A DNA stretch of 32,000 nucleotides from Halogeometricum borinquense DSM 11551 (GTDB taxonomy: Archaea > Halobacteriota > Halobacteria > Halobacteriales > Haloferacaceae). A model generated the notes under the pieces. The model saw nothing but the letters and a program-made list of their open reading frames with translations, was not told the DNA's origin and searched no databases. Positions within the stretch are counted from its first letter, which is position 1, and each line of letters begins with the position of its first letter. The stretch lies in NCBI RefSeq assembly GCF_000172995.2, contig NC_014732.1, forward strand, positions 90,001-122,000, given 5' to 3'. Of this stretch, positions 24,540 to 32,000 are shown one piece after another. The translations under genes were made by a program, and so were the position numbers.

Positions 24540-26087
24540 CTACGTCGGATTCTCGAACGGCGACCGCGCCCCGTCTGGTTCGTAGCCCGGCAGGGTGATG
24601 AGGTTCCGACGGCCGAGTGAGATTTTCGTTACGCGTCCCTCGTCAGCCATCGATGAGAGGACACGGCTGACCGTCGCCTTCGACCATCCCGTCTCCGAGA
24701 CGATGGTACTCTGTTCCAGTCGGCCGCCCGCTTCTTCGAGGATGGCGATGATTTCATCCTCTCGGGTGAGGGGTTCGTCGTATTCGGTGTCGTCAGCACC
24801 GCCTTTGGCTCCCGCTGTCGTTGGAGCGTCGTAGCCCGCTGGTTCTGGACCCGGCTCGCTCGCTGTTTCCGAGGTGTTTGTCCCCGTCGTGTCAGACACC
24901 GCGGTTGCTTGGTCAACGGTAGCAGCACCGCCCGAGTCGTCGCCGTCGTCGGTCGTCGCGGGCGCGCCACCGCCCCGACTCCGCCACCAGAGGTAGCCCC
25001 CACCGACGGCGAGGACGGTGGTCCCGAGGAGGGCAAATGCGGCACTCGTCGAGATGGGCGTATCCGGTTGGGTATCCTCTCCGGGATTGGTCCCCTGTTC
25101 TATCTCCACCTTGTCGCTCGTTCCGTCGCCGTCGGTGTCTGGTTTGTTCGGGTCCGTTCCGTGAACGTTCACCTCGGCACCGTCTTTGAGGCCGTCACTA
25201 TCGGTGTCGGCTTTGTTCGGATTCGTGTTCGTCTCTTCTACTTCAATCGCGTCCGCGAGATTGTCGTTGTCCGTATCGGGCTTACTCGCATTCGTCTCGT
25301 GAGTGTTTATCTCGGCACCGTCTGAGAGGCTGTCGCCGTCGGTGTCTGCCTTGTTGGGGTTTGTATTGTACGTTCGAATCTCGGCAGCGTCCGAGAGACC
25401 GTCGTCGTCTGTGTCGCCATTCGTTGGCGATGTCGAGTACTTGTTCACCTCGACGCCGTCTTTGAGGTTGTCGCTGTCGGTGTGGGGGTCTGTCGGGTTC
25501 GTGTTGTACGTCGAGACTTCGAGCGAGTCTCCGAGATTGTCATTATCTGAGTCACTCTTGGTCGGATCGGTGCCGTGTGTGTTGACCTCTTCCCCGTCGT
25601 TGAGACCATCGTCGTCGGTGTCAGCGGTCCGGAATCCGGTTTTACCGTTCACTTCCTCTTTGTTCGAGAGGCCGTCATCGTCGATGTCACCGTCCTTCGT
25701 CATCACGAACACGACCCTTTCCGAGACGCGTGTCTCTCCGTCCGTTCCGTTTACGTAGACGTTCTGCGGCCCTGTCACCTCCGTGGGCCACTTCGAAACG
25801 GTGAGCGTCACTGAGGTCGTTCCGTTCCCGGCCGAACACGCGACGGTCGCGTTTCCGCTCTCCGGTCCAATACAGACGGACGCTGACGATGAAATCGGTT
25901 TTTCTGTCTCAACCCGTACGTCGGTGGATGATGACTGCCAGACGTATGTGATTCCGTCGATGGTGGCCACGGTTTCCGAGGTGACCGTCGTTCCGGGCGC
26001 CGCCGCCACTGGCGCACCGATCACGCCGAGGAGGACGAGTACGGCCGCGCCGAACGAGAGTACGGACCGAAGTACGGTTGAAGACAT
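24540..26087 (-). CDS. membrane-tethered winged-helix protein with extracellular thrombospondin-type-3-like Ca-binding repeats
   Basis: 515 aa from ATG 26087; a GTG at 26123 is an alternative. Residue numbers below follow the 527-aa ORF.
- Signal peptide: MSSTVLRSVLSFGAAVLVLLGVIGAPVAAA.
- A ~100-aa beta-rich domain.
- About 9 D-x-D-x-D-G/N-L-x-D-x-x-E repeats (aa ~144-345, nt ~25089-25694), e.g. DTDDDGLNDGEEVNTHGTDP and DTDGDSLSDGAEINTHETN.
- One TM followed by RSR (aa ~359-383, nt ~24984-25049).
- An acidic linker.
- C-terminal wHTH: REDEIIAILEEAGGRLEQSTIVSETGWSKATVSRVLSSMADEGRVTKISLGRRNLITL (nt ~24588-24773). Confidence 0.85.
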   Translation of the reverse strand: MSSTVLRSVLSFGAAVLVLLGVIGAPVAAAPGTTVTSETVATIDGITYVWQSSSTDVRVETEKPISSSASVCIGPESGNATVACSAGNGTTSVTLTVSKWPTEVTGPQNVYVNGTDGETRVSERVVFVMTKDGDIDDDGLSNKEEVNGKTGFRTADTDDDGLNDGEEVNTHGTDPTKSDSDNDNLGDSLEVSTYNTNPTDPHTDSDNLKDGVEVNKYSTSPTNGDTDDDGLSDAAEIRTYNTNPNKADTDGDSLSDGAEINTHETNASKPDTDNDNLADAIEVEETNTNPNKADTDSDGLKDGAEVNVHGTDPNKPDTDGDGTSDKVEIEQGTNPGEDTQPDTPISTSAAFALLGTTVLAVGGGYLWWRSRGGGAPATTDDGDDSGGAATVDQATAVSDTTGTNTSETASEPGPEPAGYDAPTTAGAKGGADDTEYDEPLTREDEIIAILEEAGGRLEQSTIVSETGWSKATVSRVLSSMADEGRVTKISLGRRNLITLPGYEPDGARSPFENPT

Positions 26088-26865
26088 ATCGATTCCTGTT
26101 GTATGTATCACTATACGTTTCACTCAAAAACTTACTGACTTATGTCGGAATGGAGGTATAATGTGGTTCTAAAACAGCTATATCTTTAAGAAATTCAATT
26201 TATCCGACTGGTACTTGGACGCCCAGTTCTCCCCTCTCTTCCTTTTCACCGGGTGCTATCGAAGGGATTCATTTGGCGGACTGTGGCGTGATGAAACGGT
26301 CCGGTTTTGAAGCCGTTAACGGCGGTTTCCCCCGTGAAACAGTCGTGAAACAATGGAAGTAATCGGAACGAGTGTGACCGTCTTTACCCGTCCAGTTACT
26401 TGGTATCGGTGATGGCATCGTACGGACCACCGAACGTGTGACAGCTACTTCCCCACTATCGCTGTCCACGTCTGAGGTCCGAGCCATCGTCAGGTGACGG
26501 ACAGCGGTTTCGGACGATCGACGCCGGGCACGGAGGCCTCCCCTCTTCCCCGGCCGCAACCCCCGCCCCGCCGTTATCCCCATGGCGGCGCTCCTATCCC
26601 ACTTTGCGGGGGTCTTCTCGTCGCATCCCCAGCGACATCCCTTCGTCCGACTCCCACATCGGCACGCCACGCGGCGTCGCATCCCATAAACGTTCGCGTG
26701 GCCGTTCCCGGTGCCCGGTCTCGCGTCCGAACCGCCTTTCGCTCGTACTCACGATCCGTAGCCGTTTCTCCGGCTAGCACCGTGTACTACGGCACGCTTT
26801 CAAACACGACAACTGTCTTTAACATCGACTAAATCCGTTGTTTCGTATTTTACGTTACTTCGTAG

Positions 26866-27711
26866 TTACTTATCCAGCCGCGCCATCTCTTCGTCTGTGA
26901 GTTCGAGGCGCGTCGCCCCGATGTTCTGCTTTAGGTGTTCGACGCTCGATGTCCCCGGAATTGGGAGCGTGACCGGTGAGTGCTGTAGTAACCACGCGAG
27001 CATGACCTGATACTCGGTGGCATCGTGGTTCTCAGCAACTGATTCGAGTACATCCACTTTCTCGTCTAACTCTCCTGCAGCAAGTGGGAACCACGGGATG
27101 AACCCGATGTCGTACTCCTCACACGCCGCTAGCACGTCGTCGTCCTCGCGGTGACCGAGGTTGAATTTGTTTTGGACCGTCGCCACGTCTACGATGTCCC
27201 GCGCCGTTTCTAACTGTTCGACGCTCACGTTGCTGAGTCCGATGTGTTCGATAACTCCCTCGTCTTTCAGTTCTGCGAGTGCTGTGACCGACGCCTCGAA
27301 GTCAACGTCGGGGTCCCGTCGGTGAAGTTGGTAGAGGTCGATGCTCTCTACACCCAGTCGGTCGAGGCTACACAGGTGGGCGTTCCGTAGATAGTCCGGG
27401 TCACCGTGCGGAAGCCAGTCGCCGTCACGGTTGCGTAGGAGGCCGCCTTTCGTGGCGACGACTAACTCTTCAGGGTAGGGAGCCAGTGCCTCTCGGATGA
27501 GCCGTTCGCTCACACCCGGTCCGTAGGAGTCTGCCGTGTCGATGAGGTTGACACCGAGGTTCACCGCCGTCTGAAGGACGCGCTTTGCGTTTTCCTCGTC
27601 GTCCGGTTTGCCGATGATATTTTCACCCGTGATTCGCATCGCCCCGAAGCCGAGTCGGTGGACTGTCAGATCGCCGCCAATATCGAACGTGTCGCTCTCG
27701 TTTTGGTGCAT
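26866..27711 (-). CDS. aldo/keto reductase
   Basis: 281 aa from ATG 27711; the listed 40-codon extension is R/C-rich. Motifs: HRLGFGAMRITG, IDTADSYGPGVSERLIREAL, VVATKGG, IDLYQLHRRD, IEHIGLSNV, IPGTSSVEHLKQN. Confidence 0.9.
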   Translation of the reverse strand: MHQNESDTFDIGGDLTVHRLGFGAMRITGENIIGKPDDEENAKRVLQTAVNLGVNLIDTADSYGPGVSERLIREALAPYPEELVVATKGGLLRNRDGDWLPHGDPDYLRNAHLCSLDRLGVESIDLYQLHRRDPDVDFEASVTALAELKDEGVIEHIGLSNVSVEQLETARDIVDVATVQNKFNLGHREDDDVLAACEEYDIGFIPWFPLAAGELDEKVDVLESVAENHDATEYQVMLAWLLQHSPVTLPIPGTSSVEHLKQNIGATRLELTDEEMARLDK

Positions 27712-27979
27712 CGGTCTGTGTGATGTGCGGCAGGACCCTAAACAGTCCGGCGGTTGTCCATGACATCTATACACACGAATACGGCCGCGAGACGTCCCGA
27801 CAGCGTCAGACAAGCGACGGACACGACACAAGACTTTTAATCAATCTCGCGTACATTCGGGTACGGTAACAGAGCGACGGTCCACGGGCGCGCCGGGTAG
27901 GGGTACTTGACGCGAACGTTGACTGTCGTTCCTTCCTCAATTTCATGAACTAACTGTCCAGCAACAGCACTGTCAACAG

Positions 27980-27985
27980 AAAAAA
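27980..27985 (-). terminator. oligo-T run downstream of the transducer gene
   Basis: The coding strand reads …CACGTGTTTTTTCTG about 18 nt after the stop codon at 28003-28005. Confidence 0.35.
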
Positions 27986-28002
27986 CACGTGTTCTGTGGC
28001 GT

Positions 28003-30498
28003 CTATTCGTCGTACTCGGACAAGCGGTATTCGACCTGTTCGTTCATCTCTTCGAGGACGCGTTCGACTTCACGCCCTTCGATGAGTTCCGAGAGGCCTT
28101 CCGAGATAATGGTTCGAACCGTACTGAACGGGCCAATTCGGGCACCGCACGTCGCGGGCGTGTCCTGGCTCTCGTTCAGTTGCTCGAACGCGACGGCGAA
28201 TTCGGGGTGTTCCTCGAACCAGCCGTCGCGGCGAAGCATCCGTTCGGCGTCGCCGTGAACTGGGAAGTATCCGGTCTGTTGGTGCCACCGACGCTGTTGT
28301 TCCGGTTCGGTCAACCACGCGAGGAAACGACCGGCGGCCTCCTGTTCGCGGGCCGGCACGTCGTCGGCCACCCACAGCGATGCCCCGCCGACGACCACAC
28401 CTTCCTGCGTCCCCGGTGCCGGGAACTTGCCGACGGACGCGTTAAAGCCGCGTTCGTCGGCCCCTTCGACGACTGAGAGCGTGTTCGAACTCGAATCGAC
28501 GAGCATCGCAGCGTCGCCGTCGAGGAACGCCTCACGCGCTCTGCCGCGAGCCTCGATACCGGGATCGAACAGCAGCCCCGTTCGGGCGAGGTCCGACCAC
28601 CAACGGAATATCGTCTCGCCGGTGTCGCTCGACAGATTCGCCGTCGTCGCCGTTCCGTCTCGTCCGTTCGATGCATCTACGAGCGTCTCTCCGGCCGTAG
28701 CGAACCACTGTTCGATGAACCAACTGTAGTTCGCCCACGTCGCTCCGTACTCTGCGGCACCGCTCTCGACCACTTTCTCGGCGGCTTGCGTCAGGTCGTC
28801 GAACGTCTCCGGTGGATTCGACGGGTCGAGACCAGCGCGTTCGAACGCGTCGGCGTTGTAGTACAACACCGGATTCGAACTGTTGAACGGCAGCGACCAC
28901 AGCGTTCCGTCGTCGCGGTAGTAGTTTGCGATGGACGGGACGAGGTCGCTCGTGGATGTTTCGGCTGGGAGGACCGATTCTACGGGGGTGAACACACCGC
29001 TGTCGAGTGCGCGCTTCGTCCCGATTTCGAACAACTGCGCGACGGTCGGTGGCGATCCGGACCGGGCCGCAGCCATTGTCGCGTCGAACGTCCCGCGGTA
29101 GTTACCCTTGGGCGACATATGGACGTGGATGTCGTCGTGTTCGTCGTTGAACTCCTCGGCAAACGACTCCATCAGAATCGCCTTCGACCCCGACATCGCG
29201 TGCCAAAACTGAACGATAGTCTTCCCGGCGACTGTTTCGGCTTTCCCGAGGTCGTACTCGTCTAACGTCTCTTGGAGTACGTCAGCCTGCTCTGCGAGCG
29301 CGTTGACGTTCGTCATCGCCTCCGAGAGCGACGTTGTCTGTCGTCGGGCCGACTTCACCACGGTGGTCGCCTGTGCGGCCGTCTCCTCGCTTATCGCACC
29401 CACTTCGTCGGCTTGTCCGACGACTTCCTGCGCCGTCGTGGCCTGTGAGTCGGTCGCATCGCTTATCTCTTGGACGCTGGCGTTCGTCTCCTGTACGTCC
29501 TCGACCATCTCATCGAGCGATCCGAGCGCTTCTTCGATGGTTTCGCTCTCGGTGGCGACCCGTTCTCGCGCCTCGGTGATTCCCTCGACGGTTTCCTCTG
29601 ATTGTGCCCGAATTTCCTCGATAGCCGCCTCGATGTCTTCGGTTGCCTCCTGCGTCTCGGTTGCGAGTGACTTTACCTCGTCGGCGACGACGGCGAACCC
29701 CGCTCCCGCCTCGTTCGCCCGTGCGGCCTCGATGGACGCGTTGAGCGCGAGGATGTTCGTCTGTTCGGCAATTTCAGAAATCTGCGTGACGACGCCGGTG
29801 ATGTCGTCGATGAGTTCGTTCAGCGAGTCCACTTGCGAGACGGTCCGCTGGGTCTGTTCGTCGATAGCGTCGAGTCCGTCGATGGCTTCTTCAGCGGCGT
29901 CTCTGGCTTGCTGTCCGCGCGTCGCGGCGTCCGACGTCGAAGAGGCAATTTCGTCCGCGGACGAGGCCACTTCTTCGACGGTCGCAGAGAGGTTCCGCAT
30001 CTCGTTTGCAACTTCGTCGATGCTCTCGCTCTGCTGTGTCGCCCCTTCGGCGATATCGTCTACCGAATCGGAGACGTTTCGGCTCGCGCTTCGACTGTCC
30101 TCGACCGAATCAACGACGCTTTCGGTGGAGGCGGAAACCTGCTTCGCAAACACGTCCACGTCAGCCATCGTTCCGTGCAACTCCGCAAATAGATCGTTGA
30201 GGGACTCCGCCAACTGAGCCATCTCGGGGTCGTCCGGCACATCCACTCGAACGCTCAGGTCACCGTCGGTGAACTGGTTTACTGCCGCGGTGAACTCCTC
30301 GGCGAGAGCGGCCTTCGGAGACGAGTCGTCGGTGGTCGCATCTGTCGTCGCGTCAGGGGAGACGACGCTTCCACCGTCCGTGCCGACCCGTTCTGTTTCC
30401 TGTGCCGACGACTCGCCGGTATCTCGCTTGAAAACCCTCGCTGCGAGTCGTTCTCGTAGCGATGGTTCCGGCGCGCTCGTGCCGTGGTTGTCTCTCAT
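28003..30498 (-). CDS. soluble methyl-accepting chemotaxis transducer (Htr-like) fused to a C-terminal ABC-type solute-binding-protein (UgpB/sugar-type) domain
   Basis: 831 aa, with no hydrophobic TM segment.
- HAMP-like: [39 protein letters not shown].
- MCP signalling hairpin: [40 protein letters not shown] (aa ~65-415, nt ~29254-30306).
- From aa ~422 (nt 28003-29235), an SBP-like domain: [27 protein letters not shown]…[12 protein letters not shown]…[23 protein letters not shown]…[14 protein letters not shown]…GGASLWV…. It has no signal peptide or lipobox at the junction. Confidence 0.9.
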   Translation of the reverse strand: MRDNHGTSAPEPSLRERLAARVFKRDTGESSAQETERVGTDGGSVVSPDATTDATTDDSSPKAALAEEFTAAVNQFTDGDLSVRVDVPDDPEMAQLAESLNDLFAELHGTMADVDVFAKQVSASTESVVDSVEDSRSASRNVSDSVDDIAEGATQQSESIDEVANEMRNLSATVEEVASSADEIASSTSDAATRGQQARDAAEEAIDGLDAIDEQTQRTVSQVDSLNELIDDITGVVTQISEIAEQTNILALNASIEAARANEAGAGFAVVADEVKSLATETQEATEDIEAAIEEIRAQSEETVEGITEARERVATESETIEEALGSLDEMVEDVQETNASVQEISDATDSQATTAQEVVGQADEVGAISEETAAQATTVVKSARRQTTSLSEAMTNVNALAEQADVLQETLDEYDLGKAETVAGKTIVQFWHAMSGSKAILMESFAEEFNDEHDDIHVHMSPKGNYRGTFDATMAAARSGSPPTVAQLFEIGTKRALDSGVFTPVESVLPAETSTSDLVPSIANYYRDDGTLWSLPFNSSNPVLYYNADAFERAGLDPSNPPETFDDLTQAAEKVVESGAAEYGATWANYSWFIEQWFATAGETLVDASNGRDGTATTANLSSDTGETIFRWWSDLARTGLLFDPGIEARGRAREAFLDGDAAMLVDSSSNTLSVVEGADERGFNASVGKFPAPGTQEGVVVGGASLWVADDVPAREQEAAGRFLAWLTEPEQQRRWHQQTGYFPVHGDAERMLRRDGWFEEHPEFAVAFEQLNESQDTPATCGARIGPFSTVRTIISEGLSELIEGREVERVLEEMNEQVEYRLSEYDE

Positions 30499-30569
30499 TA
30501 CGGTGACTTCTCTTGACTTTCAACTTAACCGTTGAGTGCGAAAAATCAAATGTGATAACGCCAGACAGC

Positions 30570-31343
30570 TTAGACTTCAGGCGATTCCATCACCTGTGGG
30601 ACTCCCTGTGCCACGACTGTCTCACCGACGATGTACGACGAGGCGGGCGAGGCAAGGAACTGTGCGAGGTCGGCAATCTCCTCGGCTGTTCCGATGCGGC
30701 GCTTTACCTCCTCACGGTCGATATTGTCGGCGGAGACGCCCATCTGTGATTCGACACCCGGCGTGGCGACGAATCCGGGTGCGATGCAGTTTACGCGGAC
30801 GTTCTCGTCGGCCCACTCGTAGGCGAGCGTCGTCGTCAAATTGACCACGCCTGCCTTCGCCGCGCCGTAGTGACTCATAAACGGCGCACCCTCGGTTCCG
30901 GCGACGCTAGCGAGGTTGATGACTGTCCCACCGCCGTCTTTCAGATACTCCCCGGCGACTTGGGTACAGTGGTACGTGCCGGTGAGATTGATGTCAACGA
31001 CGGTTTCCCACCCGTTCGCGGAGATGTCGTCGAACGACGACATGAACGACGCTCCCGCGTTGTTCACCAGACAGTCGAGGTCGCCGAACTCCTCGACGGT
31101 GGCCTCGACCAATGCCTCCACGGCCTCGCGGTCGGTCACGTCGCATTCGACGGCCAGCGCACGCCCGCCGTCGCCTTCGTTTATCCCGTCTGCAACAGGA
31201 TTTACGTTCCCTTGTTCGCGGGAGCAGACCACCACGTTCGCACCCTCCGCCGCGAAGCGTTCTGCGATGGTCTTTCCGATACCACTCGATGCACCCGTCA
31301 CGATGGCTGTCTGTCCATCAACACCGAATCGGTCCGCCGTCAT
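30570..31343 (-). CDS. short-chain dehydrogenase/reductase (FabG-like)
   Basis: 257 aa. Motifs: TAIVTGASSGIGKTIAERFAAEGANVVV (TGxxxGxG), NNAG, and the catalytic S…YGAAKAG (YxxxK). Confidence 0.95.
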   Translation of the reverse strand: MTADRFGVDGQTAIVTGASSGIGKTIAERFAAEGANVVVCSREQGNVNPVADGINEGDGGRALAVECDVTDREAVEALVEATVEEFGDLDCLVNNAGASFMSSFDDISANGWETVVDINLTGTYHCTQVAGEYLKDGGGTVINLASVAGTEGAPFMSHYGAAKAGVVNLTTTLAYEWADENVRVNCIAPGFVATPGVESQMGVSADNIDREEVKRRIGTAEEIADLAQFLASPASSYIVGETVVAQGVPQVMESPEV

Positions 31344-31489
31344 TGCTCTGCCTCCGTGATCCGTCTCTCGTCACTCATTCCGTCTTCTTCCTCTCGTGCA
31401 TCGTTAATCAAACCTCGCCTCAGGTTATCAACGTAAAACACTGACAACGTCGGAGTAACGCTTAAGAAATTTTGCGCACAACTGTGTGC

Positions 31490-31735
31490 ATGGGCGAGAC
31501 AGAGTACCGAAACGTCAGACTCACAGAAGACGCCTACCAGCGTCTGAAGATGCGTAAACAGGAGGGTGAGTCGTTCTCCGACACGGTCGCCCGAATTGCG
31601 GGCGAGCGGTCGCTGCTCGACTTAGCAGGAATCCTGTCCGACGACGAGGCCGACGCGATGCGCGATGCGATCCGAGAACGCGAGGAACAGTCACGTGACC
31701 GACTGGACCGCCTGTCCGACGAGATGGACTCGTGA
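31490..31735 (+). CDS. vapB: VapB-type antitoxin (archaeal …ESFSD… family)
   Basis: 81 aa from ATG 31490. The sequence VRLTEDAYQRLKMRKQEGESFSDTVARI is the typical N-terminal motif of archaeal PIN-associated antitoxins. Its stop overlaps the next gene's start (GTGA at 31732-31735). Confidence 0.8.
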   Translation: MGETEYRNVRLTEDAYQRLKMRKQEGESFSDTVARIAGERSLLDLAGILSDDEADAMRDAIREREEQSRDRLDRLSDEMDS

Positions 31736-32000
31736 TCGTCGATACGAACGTTCTGATTCGGTTGATGCAGGGAGACGAGGATGCGACGCGGAAAATCCGC
31801 GAGTTGGAGGACGAACACGTTCCGCTCGCACTCTCGTCGATGACGCTGTTTGAACTGTATCACAGCGTCGAACGGGTGGACAGTCCCGACGAACGGCGTC
31901 GAAAGATTGCGTCCGTTATCGACTCGAAGCCGACGTACCCGGCTGACGGTGCAGTGATGAAGAAGGCGGGCCGCCTCGACGGTCGGTTGACGGACGACGG
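31732..32000 (+). CDS. vapC: PIN-domain toxin VapC, 3' end outside the window
   Basis: I translated this myself; it is not in the track because no stop falls inside the window. Translation: VIVDTNVLIRLMQGDEDATRKIRELEDEHVPLALSSMTLFELYHSVERVDSPDERRRKIASVIDSKPTYPADGAVMKKAGRLDGRL…. The IVDTNVLI opening carries the first PIN acidic residue. Confidence 0.8.
   Translation, partial: MIVDTNVLIRLMQGDEDATRKIRELEDEHVPLALSSMTLFELYHSVERVDSPDERRRKIASVIDSKPTYPADGAVMKKAGRLDGRLTDD

Noticed and set aside
25089-25694. A periodic DNA repeat pattern that could be mistaken for a CRISPR-like or satellite array.
   Set aside because: The periodicity is the in-frame coding repeat for the Asp-rich TSP3-like modules. 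The units are degenerate at the DNA level, without spacer/repeat alternation, and no cas genes are present.
26269-26832. ORFs 26269-26682 (-, 137 aa), 26494-26832 (+, 112 aa) and 26574-26780 (-, 68 aa) in the long gap.
   Set aside because: They are Arg/Pro/Gly-rich and net basic, with GC3 near 50% for the best sub-ORF, and they mutually overlap. They do not look like proteins of this organism, so the region is reported as a non-coding or structured candidate.
29303-30217. A 304-aa plus-strand ORF inside the transducer gene.
   Set aside because: It is Ser/Ala/Thr/Cys low-complexity sequence, the mirror image of the Ala/Glu/Ser-rich MCP coiled coil. The minus frame contains the invariant MCP hairpin.

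Overview
The window is high-GC (about 60-65%) with strongly acidic predicted proteins, Tat/lipobox signals, TATA-like boxes about 25-35 nt upstream of start codons, and many 4-nt start/stop overlaps (ATGA/GTGA). This points to a haloarchaeon (class Halobacteria), probably a plasmid, megaplasmid or accessory chromosomal region. All calls come from reading the ORF translations and the DNA; no database search was possible.

Gene content, left to right:
- A type-Ib-like partition module: parA plus an overlapping small acidic gene, with a roughly 500-bp AT-rich, repeat-dense region upstream.
- A four-gene translationally coupled operon: transglutaminase-like membrane protein, small membrane protein, DUF58 protein and a large polytopic membrane protein. 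A stand-alone MoxR AAA+ ATPase lies about 7 kb away on the other strand.
- GNAT acetyltransferase and a DUF4013-like membrane protein.
- A roughly 600-bp low-GC island that appears to cut into a wHTH gene and carries an orphan acidic ORF.
- A Tat-secreted BAAT/dienelactone-hydrolase-like protein coupled to a membrane protein.
- Rieske protein, SprT-like metalloprotease and a CaCA Na+/Ca2+ antiporter.
- An enolase-superfamily enzyme coupled to a creatininase-family protein, a PRC-barrel protein and a Tat lipoprotein.
- A minus-strand signalling cluster: REC-PAS-GAF histidine kinase, Spo0M-like protein, and an unusual membrane-tethered wHTH protein with extracellular thrombospondin-type-3-like Ca-binding repeats.
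- A roughly 780-bp ORF-poor, structured, C/G-skewed region.
- Aldo/keto reductase, a TM-less chemotaxis transducer fused at its C-terminus to an ABC-type solute-binding-protein domain, an SDR oxidoreductase, and a vapBC pair that runs off the right edge.

I found no rRNA, tRNA, CRISPR array, transposase or integrase.

The most interesting items:
- the MCP-SBP fusion;
- the TSP3-repeat/TM/wHTH protein;
- the long non-coding region at 26.1-26.9 kb;
- the uncoupled TGase/DUF58 versus MoxR arrangement;
- the low-GC island;
- the iteron-like array next to parA.
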